This document shows, in pieces, positions 1 through 9,322 of a stretch of 32,000 nucleotides of DNA. Source of the DNA: Methanocaldococcus jannaschii DSM 2661. GTDB taxonomy: Archaea; AGJL01; Methanococci; Methanococcales; Methanocaldococcaceae. Position numbers and translations under genes: made by a program. The notes under the pieces are model-generated. The model did no database searches. It was given only the letters and a program-made list of their open reading frames with translations, and was not told where the DNA came from. The number at the start of each line of letters is the position of its first letter. Position 1 is the stretch's first letter. The stretch is taken from positions 1,192,961 through 1,224,960 of the forward strand of contig NC_000909.1 in the NCBI RefSeq assembly GCF_000091665.1. Direction: 5' to 3'.

Positions 1-9
1 TGTGAGATT

Positions 10-771
10 ATGAAGATAAAGATTGGCAAAGTTGAAAAAAGATTAAATCAAATTATTGAAGAGGAAGGAGCTGTCTATTTAACTCTATTAGACCCAGAAG
101 AAGAAAATATTGAAGAGATAGCTGAAAATGTTAAGGATTATGCAGATGCAATAATGGTTGGAGGAAGTATTGGAATTGTTAATTTAGATGAAACAGTTAA
201 AAAAATAAAAAAGATAACTAAGCTCCCAATAATTCTATTCCCTGGAAATGTTGATGGATTGTCAAGATATGCTGACGCTGTGTTTTACATGAGCCTAATG
301 AACTCAGCAAACACTTATTGGGTTGTAACAGCCCCAACTTTAGGGGCGATAACAATTTTAAAATATAATTTAGAGCCAATTCCAATGGCTTATCTCTGCA
401 TAGAACCAGCAAAAAAAACAGCCGTTGGTTATGTTGGGGAGATTAGAGAGATACCTCAAAACAAACCAAAAATAACTGCAATGTATTGTTTATCTGCAAA
501 GTTCTTTGGAATGAGATGGGCTTATTTAGAGGCTGGTAGTGGGGCATCTTACCCAGTAAACAATGAGACTATAGCCTTATCAAAAAAACTCTCTGGAATT
601 AATATAATTGTTGGTGGAGGAATTAGAAAGCCAGAGATTGCCTATGAGAAAGTTTTAGCTGGAGCTGATGCTATAGTTACTGGTAATTTGTTGGAAGAGA
701 ATCCTAAAGCTGTTGAGATGATGTATGATGCTATTAAAAAAGCTGGAAAAGAGAAATTGAAAAATAAGTAA
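10..771 (+). CDS. Geranylgeranylglyceryl phosphate synthase family (phosphoglycerol geranylgeranyltransferase)
   Basis: 253 aa TIM-barrel protein with LTLLDPEE, DAIMVGGSIG, LFPGN and IIVGGGIRKPEIA phosphate-binding motifs typical of GGGPS/PcrB family. Confidence 0.93.
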   Translation: MKIKIGKVEKRLNQIIEEEGAVYLTLLDPEEENIEEIAENVKDYADAIMVGGSIGIVNLDETVKKIKKITKLPIILFPGNVDGLSRYADAVFYMSLMNSANTYWVVTAPTLGAITILKYNLEPIPMAYLCIEPAKKTAVGYVGEIREIPQNKPKITAMYCLSAKFFGMRWAYLEAGSGASYPVNNETIALSKKLSGINIIVGGGIRKPEIAYEKVLAGADAIVTGNLLEENPKAVEMMYDAIKKAGKEKLKNK

Positions 772-785
772 AAGAATTTAAACGG

Positions 786-1487
786 TTATCTATTTTTTAC
801 CTTTTTCGCAACAAATCCAATGTATGATGCAAAGTTTTTTAAAAAGCTTTTGTAAATAAATTTATCTAATGGAGAATTGGTAATATTTGTCCCAAATGTA
901 TAAACTACCTCAAAACCTTCTTTTTTTAAGGCATCTTCAACCTCCTTAAAATCATAGAATCTTGTTTTTACTTTTATTTTTTCTCCATCAATTACTTTTG
1001 TTATTGTTCCTTTTCTTTTTTTCATGGCATTTTTTACCTTTTTAAAATTTCCTTTTAAAATGTTTTTTATAATCCATTTTATATCGTAGATGTTTGCCAC
1101 AGTGAATATAAAAATTCCATCATCCTTTAAAACCCTATTAACTTCTCTTAAAGCTCTCTTTAAATTACAATGATTTAAAGCTCCAAAGAAAGATATTGCC
1201 TTATCAAAACTCTTATTTTTAAATGGGAGAAATTCAGCATTAGCAACAACTACTGGCTTATTTGTTTTATTTTTTGCTATTTTAGCCATTTCTAATGATA
1301 TATCTAAACCAACTGCATTATTTAAAATTTTTAACTGCTCTCCAGTTCCGCAACCAATATCTAAGACAAAGTCACCATCTTTAATCTCTTTCTGTATAAT
1401 TTCCCTTTCCACAATCCTCATATACTTGTTTTTATATAGCTTATCATAACTCTTAGCCAACTTGTCATAATACTCTTTAATTCCCAT
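786..1487 (-). CDS. Class I SAM-dependent methyltransferase (UbiE/Methyltransf_11-like)
   Basis: VLDIGCGTGEQLKILNNAVGLDIS motif I, NAEFLPFKNKSFDKAISFFGALNH. Start trimmed from 1541 to MGIKEYYDKLAKSYDKLY (ATG at 1487) because the upstream extension overlaps the divergent gene. Confidence 0.85.
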   Translation of the reverse strand: MGIKEYYDKLAKSYDKLYKNKYMRIVEREIIQKEIKDGDFVLDIGCGTGEQLKILNNAVGLDISLEMAKIAKNKTNKPVVVANAEFLPFKNKSFDKAISFFGALNHCNLKRALREVNRVLKDDGIFIFTVANIYDIKWIIKNILKGNFKKVKNAMKKRKGTITKVIDGEKIKVKTRFYDFKEVEDALKKEGFEVVYTFGTNITNSPLDKFIYKSFLKNFASYIGFVAKKVKNR

Positions 1488-1496
1488 TTTCTCACG

Positions 1497-2009
1497 GTGA
1501 TGGTAATGATAACTGTAGCAACTGCAGAATGCTTTACACATGCAAATATTGGCTTAACTATTCACAAGGCAGCAGCTGGTTATGAAGATTTTGAATTTAA
1601 GTATTTATTTAGTGAGGAGGATTTAAAATTAATGAAAAATGTTAGAGTTATATCTGCCATGTTTGTTCCTTCTATTATTGGAGTAGAAAAACTTTTGGAT
1701 ATAAAGCTTCCAGAGCCAGATTTTAATTATAAATATGCAAAAGCATATAGCGAAGAGAAAGATTTGGAAGTTGCTAAGTTGATGGCAGAGGGGTTAAAGA
1801 AAAAGCTTAATGTTAATATATCCATTGGTTCCACAGCTGGTGTTGGGAGGGGAGCTATTTGTATATTAACCGATAATAACCGCTATTTATTTACTTCAGA
1901 TGTTTATGCCAATTTAATAACTTTTGAAAATATTAAAGAGAGGCAAAAAAATGGTATTGAGAAGGGAATAAAAAGGTTTTTAGAGATTTTAAAAAAAGAG
2001 TATTTTTAA
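1497..2009 (+). CDS. UPF0254 family protein
   Basis: MITVATAECFTHANIGLTIHKAAAGY...STAGVGRGAICILTDNNRYLFTSDVYANL resembles the methanogen UPF0254 family; start could be 1497, 1500 or 1506. Confidence 0.75.
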   Translation: MMVMITVATAECFTHANIGLTIHKAAAGYEDFEFKYLFSEEDLKLMKNVRVISAMFVPSIIGVEKLLDIKLPEPDFNYKYAKAYSEEKDLEVAKLMAEGLKKKLNVNISIGSTAGVGRGAICILTDNNRYLFTSDVYANLITFENIKERQKNGIEKGIKRFLEILKKEYF

Positions 2010-2017
2010 ATATTTAA

Positions 2018-2866
2018 TTAAATCTTCTTTGCTCTATATTCAGTTATGTAGTATTTTAATATTCCAGCATTCAATAGCCAAGTGTTTATAATGTCAGCAA
2101 TTAAAGCCAAAATTAAGACAGTTGCTATATTTGCCAGTATATCTGCTACTGGAATGAAGAGCTTTACAACAATTAATAATATTAGCATAGCAGTGATTGT
2201 TGTTAATGTCATTGTTAAACCTGTTTTCATAGCCTCTTTAACAGTTTCATCAAAGCTCTTTGTTAATCTCTTTAGAACTCTTGTTGTTAGCAGTATATCT
2301 GAATCTACACTGTAACCAATAACCATTAATAAAGCCGCTATAGTTGCAGAGGAAAGCTCAATTCCTAATAAGCTCATAGCCCCTAAAGCCATAATTATAT
2401 CTGAAAGTGCAGATAATATTATAGCACCACTTGGCACTGGATTTCTGAAATATAGATAAACTACAATAGCCATAAACATAAATGCAAATCCAACAGCTTT
2501 AAATCCTTCTTCAAAGAATTTAGAGCTTAAAGTAGCCCCAATCGTCTTTTCAGAATAATTTAACTTATCTAAGCTATCCACGTGGAAAAATTCCTTAATT
2601 TTCTGCTTTACAATATCTACATCTTCATTCTTACATCTAATGACTATGTAATATCCATCAGCTGATTCTAATTTTTTTACTTCAGCTATTCCATTAAGTG
2701 ACTCTTTTAGAGGAGTTATATCCATGTTTTCATTTACTTTAATTGTTATTTCTGTCCCTCCAGTTATATCTATACTTTTTGGAATCCCTTTAAAACCAAT
2801 TAACAAAATTGAAAGTATAAGAAGGGCTATTGGAATAGCTATAGACACTTTATAATCTTTTATCAT
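2018..2866 (-). CDS. secF: Protein-export membrane protein SecF
   Basis: 282 aa; IDITGGTEITIK periplasmic motif, multiple TMs, GYSVDSDILLTTRVLKRL signature of SecD/SecF. Confidence 0.93.
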   Translation of the reverse strand: MIKDYKVSIAIPIALLILSILLIGFKGIPKSIDITGGTEITIKVNENMDITPLKESLNGIAEVKKLESADGYYIVIRCKNEDVDIVKQKIKEFFHVDSLDKLNYSEKTIGATLSSKFFEEGFKAVGFAFMFMAIVVYLYFRNPVPSGAIILSALSDIIMALGAMSLLGIELSSATIAALLMVIGYSVDSDILLTTRVLKRLTKSFDETVKEAMKTGLTMTLTTITAMLILLIVVKLFIPVADILANIATVLILALIADIINTWLLNAGILKYYITEYRAKKI

Positions 2867-2927
2867 TTTTCCAACCCCATTAATTAATGTATATATTATA
2901 TTATTGAAAGGTATTTTTTAATAGAGA

Positions 2928-2950
2928 TATTTGCAGAGGCTCTGCAAATA
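2928..2950. repeat. Near-perfect palindrome TATTTGCAGAG-G-CTCTGCAAATA
   Basis: 11-bp arms around a single G, read directly; lies directly left of the element at 2964-3069. Confidence 0.85.
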
Positions 2951-2963
2951 CCATCCAAAGTAT

Positions 2964-3069
2964 GTTCTTTGCAAAGTTATTTAAATTAACTAAGGATGAT
3001 TAAACTCCCTCTAAGAAGGAGTTCATTATATTGATTGCCTTTTTATTCTATAAATGTTTTGCAAAGAAC
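2964..3069. repeat. Terminal-inverted-repeat element, copy A (MJRE/MITE-like)
   Basis: GTTCTTTGCAAA (2964-2975) vs TTTGCAAAGAAC (3058-3069), central imperfect hairpin AACTCCCTCTAAGAAGGAGTT (3003-3023). Confidence 0.75.
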
Positions 3070-3141
3070 TATAAGATAAATTTTTTATATAAAAACAGTA
3101 GTTATATAAATACAAATACTTTATGGTTGAAGGTGATATAT

Positions 3142-4440
3142 ATTAAAACAAAAGATGTTATTATTTTTTTATTATTATTTTTTGTGGCTTTTAATGTATC
3201 TTCAGCTTATGTAATTAAGAATCTAAATATTGATTGCATTGTAACTCCAGACGATACAATAAACGAAACAATAAGTTTTGTTATATATAACAATGAAGAC
3301 AAAAACCTATCTCATATATCATATACAATTCCTCAAACCATAAGAAATTTTACAATAAATGCATCAGCAGGAGTAAAGGGATACAGTGCTTTATACAATG
3401 AAGGAGTTACAGAAATCGCTATTGAATTTGAAAAACCAATACCTAAAGGAGGTTATACAAATATAACTATTAATTGTTTTGTTAATGATGCAATATGGAC
3501 AAAAAATGGAATTAAGCAACTTATACTGAGCTTCCCCATTACCTCAAAAAATGCAACCATTAAAATAGTTCTCCCACCAGGGGCAGTTATTCTCTCCCCT
3601 CAAGGAACTTTACTTGTAACGCCTTCTGGCTATAAAATAACTACCGACGGAAAACATCAAATTATTGTATGGGATTTGTCTTTAAATAAGGAAATAACTT
3701 TCACAATTACTGTGAAATACACTTTCATATCATATCCTGGACAAAATATCATAGAACAGCCAGCCATTAACAATAATTTGAAATATCTCCTAATAATCGC
3801 AATATTTGGAACAGCAATATTTGGAGGATTATTTGTTAAGGAAAAAATTTCTAAAAGGAAGATTATAGAAAGAACTAAAAATATAAAAAATGAATTAACC
3901 TCCTTAAAAAATAAATTAAAAGAAAAAGAAGAAGAAATCAAAAACTTAGCAATAAAAATAAAAGATTTGGAAGATAAATTAAGTAAGGCTAATAAAAACT
4001 TGCTAAATAAAGATGAGATTATTAGTGTTCTAAATGAAAGGATTTCAGAATATGAAAGTCAAATACAAAAACTTTTAGATGAAAATATAATATATAAAGA
4101 AAAAATTGAATCATTAAATAAATATATCGAAACATTAAAGAAAGAAAATGATAAGCTAAAAGATAAGGTTAGAGAGTTAAGTGATATTGCAAAAAAATAC
4201 ATGGAAGAAAAAAGAGGAGTATTATGGAGCTTTTTAACTGAAGATGAAAAAATTATAATCGATTTAATAAAAAAACATGGACATATTACTCAAAAAGAAA
4301 TTGTTGAAATTACTGGAATGAGCAAACCAAAGGTTTCGAGAATTATCTCCGAATTAGAAGATAGAAAAATAATAAGGAAAGAAAAAATAGGACGAATCAA
4401 TAAATTAACCCTTACAGAAGAGAGTAAGAAGTTATTATAA
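3142..4440 (+). CDS. Membrane-anchored protein: signal peptide, extracytoplasmic beta-rich domain, TM, coiled coil and C-terminal winged-helix (MarR-like) DNA-binding domain
   Basis: [18 protein letters not shown] signal segment; [20 protein letters not shown]; long [22 protein letters not shown] coiled coil; [49 protein letters not shown] wHTH. Start inferred as ATT 3142 just after AAGGTGAT; GTG 3133 or TTG 3127 are alternatives. ORF-track start 3031 lies inside repeat A. Confidence 0.75.
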
Positions 4441-4466
4441 CCCATTTAAAAATTTTGGGTGAAAAC

Positions 4467-5651
4467 ATGAAAATTCTAATCTCAGTATGTGGGGAGGGTT
4501 TTGGACATACAACGAGATGTGTCGCAATTGGTGAAGCATTGAAAAATGATTACGAAATCTCTTACATTGCCTATGGAAAAAGCAAAAATTTCATTGAAAA
4601 ATATGGATTTAAAGTTTTTGAAACCTTTCCAGAGATAAAACTTAAAGGAAAGGATGGAAAATTTGACATAACCTCAAGTATATTGAATAAAGAATACAGC
4701 CCAAAAAAAGCCATTAGAAGAGAAATTAATATTATAAGAGAATATAATCCTGATTTGATAATTTCTGATTGTAAATATAGCACAGTTGTAGCTGCAAAGC
4801 TTTTAAAAAAGCCAGTTATTTGCATAAGTAATCAAAACTACACGAGATATAAATTAAAAACTGATTTAATAGTTTATCCAACAATGAAAGCTCTAAACAT
4901 TATAAATGAGAGATGTGAAAGATTTATTGTTCCTGATTTTCCTTTACCCTATACCATATGTGAATACAACCTAAAAATTATAAAAAATATGGAATTTATT
5001 GGGCCGTTAATTAGATACGATGTTGATGATGTTGATAATTATGGAGAAGATTATATATTAAGCGTTATTGGTGGTTTTGAGTATAGATATAAAATCCTTG
5101 AAGAACTTGGAAAAATTGCTTTAAAAAATAACCTAAATGTTAAACTTGTATGTGGAAGTTATGAAGTTGCTAAAAAACTAATGAGAGATTTAAACTTAAA
5201 CTCTTATAAAAATGAAAATGTAGAAATAATTCCAATAACAACAAATATGAAAGAGCTTATAAAAAACGCTGAACTTATTGTATCCCATGGTGGGCATTCA
5301 ACAATAATGGAAGCCCTATCATTTGGAAAACCATTAATTGTCATTCCAGATTTAGACCATCCAGAGCAAGGAAATAATGCCAAAAAAGTCCATGATTTGG
5401 GTTGTGGAATAGCTTTATCTTATAAAGAGTTATATAGATTAGAAGAGGCAATTTTAGACATAAGAAATATGAAGATGTATAAAAGAAACGCTTCAAAAAT
5501 GAAAGAACTTGCAAAAAAATATGATGGAAAGAAAAATATTAAAAAAATAATAGATGAATTTTTTGAAACAAGAAAAAATATAAGAAAATACTACTTAACT
5601 GATAGAATAGCTAATAAGTTAATTAATAAATTCAAGCTAAAGATTAGGTGA
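4467..5651 (+). CDS. Glycosyltransferase (GT-B, MurG/UDP-glycosyltransferase-like)
   Basis: [26 protein letters not shown]-terminus and [34 protein letters not shown] donor-binding signature; ATG preceded by GGGTGA. Confidence 0.85.
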
Positions 5652-5656
5652 TATTT

Positions 5657-6583
5657 GTGATTACTGTATTGTCAGGAGGAACTGGGACACCAAAGTTATT
5701 GCAGGGTTTAAAAAGGGTTGTTAATAATGAAGAGTTGGCTGTTATTGTTAATACTGGTGAAGATACTTGGATAGGAGATTTATATCTATCTCCTGATGTT
5801 GATACCGTTCTATATACCTTAGCAGATTTGATTAATGAAGAGACATGGTATGGGGTTAAGGAAGATACTTTTTATACTCATGAGCAATTAAAAAATCTTG
5901 GATTTGATGAAGTTTTAAGGATAGGGGATAAAGATAGAGCCTTAAAAATGCATAAAACTTATTATTTAAAGAGGGGACATAAACTCTCAGAAGTTGTAGA
6001 TATGGAGAAAGTAGCTTTGGGGATTAAAGCTAAAGTAATCCCAATGACTGATGATAGGGTTGAGACAAAAATTTTAGCAAAAGTTGATGGAAAGGTTGAT
6101 TTATTAAAGTTTCATGACTTCTGGGTTAAGAGAAAGGGGGACGTTGAGGTTTTAGATGTTATTTATGAAAACTCTCTATATGCTAAACCTTGTGAAAAGG
6201 CAGTTGAGGCCATAAAAAATAGTGACCTTGTTATTATAGGGCCCTCAAATCCAATAACTTCCATAGGTCCAATTTTAAGTTTAAATGGAATTAAAGAGCT
6301 ATTAAAAGATAAAAAGGTTGTGGTTGTTTCGCCAATAGTTGGAAATTCTGCTGTTTCAGGTCCTGCGGGTAAATTAATGAAAGCTAAAGGTTATGATGTC
6401 TCTGTTAAAGGGATTTATGAGTTCTATAAAGACATAGTTGATGTTTTAGTAATAGATAATGTTGATAAAGAGATAGCTAAAGAAATACCTTGTGAGGTTT
6501 TAATAACCAACACAATTATGAAAACATTGGATGATAAAGTTAGATTAGCTAAAAATATTATTGAGTTCTGTGGGTCTTTATGA
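5657..6583 (+). CDS. cofD: 2-phospho-L-lactate transferase (F420 biosynthesis)
   Basis: VITVLSGGTGTPKLLQGL, NTGEDTWIGDLYLSPDVDTVLYTL, IGPSNPITSIGPILSL motifs; GTG start at 5657 after AGGTGAT. Confidence 0.93.
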   Translation: MITVLSGGTGTPKLLQGLKRVVNNEELAVIVNTGEDTWIGDLYLSPDVDTVLYTLADLINEETWYGVKEDTFYTHEQLKNLGFDEVLRIGDKDRALKMHKTYYLKRGHKLSEVVDMEKVALGIKAKVIPMTDDRVETKILAKVDGKVDLLKFHDFWVKRKGDVEVLDVIYENSLYAKPCEKAVEAIKNSDLVIIGPSNPITSIGPILSLNGIKELLKDKKVVVVSPIVGNSAVSGPAGKLMKAKGYDVSVKGIYEFYKDIVDVLVIDNVDKEIAKEIPCEVLITNTIMKTLDDKVRLAKNIIEFCGSL

Positions 6584-7629
6584 AGCCGGTAGCTTTAGTT
6601 ACAACAAAACCAGGATTTGAGCCACAATTAAGAGAGGAGCTAAATAAATTACCAATAAAAAAGAAAATTCTCTGGACACCATTTAGAGGAATTTTAAAAG
6701 TTTTGTCTCAAAATCCTTATGAATTTTTAAATATTATCAAAGAAAATAAAAATAATTTAAAATTTTCACTAAGGATAATTCCATTGGAAATAGGATGCCA
6801 AACAGACATTAATGAGATAAAAAAAGCCATCTCTTTTTTAATCAATAAAAAGAAAGAAAAATTAAAAAATAAATCTTTCGTAGTTAGATGCAACAGAAGA
6901 GGAAATCACGAATTTACAAGTGAAGAACTTGAAAGAATAATTGGAGAATATGTATTAGAAAATTTTAAAGATTTAAATCTTAGAGTTAATCTAAAAGATT
7001 GGGATTTTAAAATAAATATTGAGATTCTGCAGGATGAGAGCTATATCTCAATATTTCAGGATGAATTTAATGAACTTGTTATTGAAGAAAACATAAAAAA
7101 CTTAAAAAACCTAAAGAGATATATTGAAAGACCATTAAATCGCTCAGAGAGAAAAATGCAGGAGTTGATGGAGAAATTTCCATTTATATTTGAAAACATA
7201 AACTGCGTTGTAGATATTGGCTCCTCTCCTGGTGGATGGGCGAAGATGTTATCAAAAAAGGCTAAAAAGGTTTATGCTATAGACACAGGAGAATTAAAAA
7301 TAAAAGCAAATAATATAATCCATATAAAAAAGAGGGCTGAGAACGTAGATTTTGAAAAAGATATCAACGAAGAAATTGATTTGATAACCAATGACACTAA
7401 TCTATATCCTGATGAATCCCTCTTCTTAACACTAAAATTTGCAAAACATTTAAAAACTAATGGTTATATAATTCATACATTAAAAGCAAGGAATTTGAAA
7501 ACTAAAAAAGAGGATTTAGAGAAAGTGTTAAAAATCCTAAGCTATTATAGAAATATAAAAATATTCAAAATAATTAATTTAAGAGCCAATACTAAAAATG
7601 AACTCACATTGATACTCAAAAAAGTATAG
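6580..7629 (+). CDS. THUMP-domain + FtsJ/RrmJ-like RNA methyltransferase
   Basis: N-terminal ALVTTKPGFEPQLREEL and KKKEKLKNKSFVVRCNRRGNHEF (THUMP-like) followed by VVDIGSSPGGWAKMLSKKAKKVYAIDTGE (FtsJ motif I). Confidence 0.8.
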   Translation: MKPVALVTTKPGFEPQLREELNKLPIKKKILWTPFRGILKVLSQNPYEFLNIIKENKNNLKFSLRIIPLEIGCQTDINEIKKAISFLINKKKEKLKNKSFVVRCNRRGNHEFTSEELERIIGEYVLENFKDLNLRVNLKDWDFKINIEILQDESYISIFQDEFNELVIEENIKNLKNLKRYIERPLNRSERKMQELMEKFPFIFENINCVVDIGSSPGGWAKMLSKKAKKVYAIDTGELKIKANNIIHIKKRAENVDFEKDINEEIDLITNDTNLYPDESLFLTLKFAKHLKTNGYIIHTLKARNLKTKKEDLEKVLKILSYYRNIKIFKIINLRANTKNELTLILKKV

Positions 7630-7711
7630 CAAAAATATTTAGGAATATCTCCGAAAAATATATATACTCCCATAATAAAAAATTGAAAATGTAAGATTCT
7701 GAGGTGGTATT

Positions 7712-7915
7712 ATGGCTGAGCTTCCAGTTGCACCATGTGTAAGAATCTTAAAGAAGGCTGGTGCTCAGAGAGTTAGTGAAGCGGCAGGGAAATACTTTGC
7801 TGAAGCTTTGGAAGAAATTGCCTTAGAGATAGCAAGGAAATCAGTTGATTTAGCTAAGCACGCAAAGAGAAAGACCGTAAAGGTCGAAGATGTAAAGGCA
7901 GCATTGAGAGGTTAA
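7712..7915 (+). CDS. Archaeal histone
   Basis: 67 aa [67 protein letters not shown]; GAGGTGG RBS. Confidence 0.97.
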   Translation: MAELPVAPCVRILKKAGAQRVSEAAGKYFAEALEEIALEIARKSVDLAKHAKRKTVKVEDVKAALRG

Positions 7916-8012
7916 GCCCAACTTACATTATATGTATAATATCACTACACCTTTTTATTTTTTGTGCATATTAATAGAAATATTTGAATATTTAGAACTA
8001 AATGGAATTAAA

Positions 8013-8118
8013 ATAGTTTTTTGCAAAACATTATTAAGATAAATAAGGCACACAATGAACGTCCCAAATAGGGCGTTCAAATATTCATATTTAATTTATA
8101 CCTTTTGCAAAAAACTAT
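8013..8118. repeat. Terminal-inverted-repeat element, copy B (MJRE/MITE-like)
   Basis: Perfect 16-bp TIR ATAGTTTTTTGCAAAA (8013-8028) / TTTTGCAAAAAACTAT (8103-8118); central hairpin GAACGTCCC-AAATA-GGGCGTTC (8057-8078). Confidence 0.85.
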
Positions 8119-8177
8119 AAATAGGGCTATTTTGTTTGATATTAATAACTCTTTTAAAGGATGGGGTTGGTGAGAAG

Positions 8178-8858
8178 ATGAGAATCGTTTTTGATTTGGG
8201 AGGTTCAGTCGTGATGCCAAAGGAAGGAGCAAAAGCTGAAAAAATTATGGAATATGCCAATATTTTTAAAAAGATTAAGGATGAGGGGCATGAGGTAGCT
8301 ATAGTCGTAGGAGGTGGAAAAACAGCAAGAGAATATATAGAAATAGGAAGAGAACTTGGAGCCAGTGAGAGTTTTTGTGATGAGCTTGGAATAATGGCTA
8401 CAAGAATGAATGCAATGATATTAATTACTGCTTTAGGAGATTATAGTATAAAAAAAGTCCCTACATCATTTGAAGAGGCAGAACTTATATTAAACTTAGG
8501 AAAAATCCCTGTCATGGGAGGAACCCATCCAGGACATACAACAGACGCTGTAGCTGCTTCATTAGCAGAGTTTATAAATGCTGATTTGTTAGTTATAGGG
8601 ACAAATGTTGATGGAGTCTATGACAAAGACCCTAATAAATATGAAGATGCCAAAAAATTTGATAAAATGTCTGCTAAAGAACTTGTTGATTTGGCAATAT
8701 CATCTTCATTAAAAGCTGGTTCTTCATCAGTTGTTGATTTATTAGCAGCTAAGATTATTGAAAGAGCTAAATTAAAAGTGGCAGTTGTTAAAGGAACCCC
8801 AGAAGAGCTCTTAAATGTTAGTAAAGGAATAATAAATGGAACAATAATTGAGGGATAA
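8178..8858 (+). CDS. pyrH: Uridylate kinase (UMP kinase), archaeal type
   Basis: MRIVFDLGGSVVMP, IVVGGGKTAREYI, GTNVDGVYDKDPNKY, PVMGGTHPGHTTDAVAA amino-acid-kinase motifs. ATG 8178 chosen over 8136. Confidence 0.92.
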   Translation: MRIVFDLGGSVVMPKEGAKAEKIMEYANIFKKIKDEGHEVAIVVGGGKTAREYIEIGRELGASESFCDELGIMATRMNAMILITALGDYSIKKVPTSFEEAELILNLGKIPVMGGTHPGHTTDAVAASLAEFINADLLVIGTNVDGVYDKDPNKYEDAKKFDKMSAKELVDLAISSSLKAGSSSVVDLLAAKIIERAKLKVAVVKGTPEELLNVSKGIINGTIIEG

Positions 8859-8860
8859 GT

Positions 8861-9055
8861 ATGGAGATTCCAAAGCACAGACATTGTTTAAATTGTGGTA
8901 TCTCAATACCTCCAGACCAAGTTTTTTGTTCAGAGAAGTGTAGAATTGAGTATATGCAAAGAAGGAAAAGGATGTTAAGAACGCAATACATGTTTTTAGC
9001 TATTGCAGGGCTTATAATTCTCTATTATATTATCACAATAGCATTGAAAGTTTAA
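8861..9055 (+). CDS. Small Zn-ribbon plus C-terminal TM protein (DUF2116-like)
   Basis: 64 aa: HRHCLNCGISIPPDQVFCSEKCRIEY followed by a single TM YMFLAIAGLIILYYIITIALKV; 3 nt after pyrH stop. Confidence 0.85.
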   Translation: MEIPKHRHCLNCGISIPPDQVFCSEKCRIEYMQRRKRMLRTQYMFLAIAGLIILYYIITIALKV

Positions 9056-9090
9056 AACCAAAAATTATTTAAAATATTATGTCTCAATAA

Positions 9091-9210
9091 TTATCCTGGC
9101 TATTGTCCTGACTCCCAATGGAGTTGGGACGTGTCAATGACCCAGTGGAGTTCTGCCCCTTTACCCCAAAGGGGTAGTGAAATGATGAAGCTGGGGAGGC
9201 ATAGGGTGAA
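9091..9210 (+). ncRNA. Candidate independent structured ncRNA (unassigned)
   Basis: GC-rich island in AT-rich intergenic DNA; foldable helices 9109-9118/9124-9136 (3-nt bulge), 9153-9162/9168-9177 (10 bp), 9141-9145/9191-9195, weak closing helix near 9100-9110/9196-9204; TTTAAAATATT box at about 9068-9078. Confidence 0.6.
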
Positions 9211-9322
9211 ATAAAGATATTTATAAAAATGCCCTTAAAAAATCTGTTTTATCAAAACTTAAAAGTTAATTTAAAAATTAGAAACCAAACAAATAACAAA
9301 AATAAAAATAGGAGGGAATACT

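Noticed and set aside
3031-3141. Track N-terminal extension MIAFLFYKCFAKNYKINFLYKN... of the wHTH protein
   Set aside because: It is translated repeat element A and promoter DNA, and precedes the SD and signal peptide.
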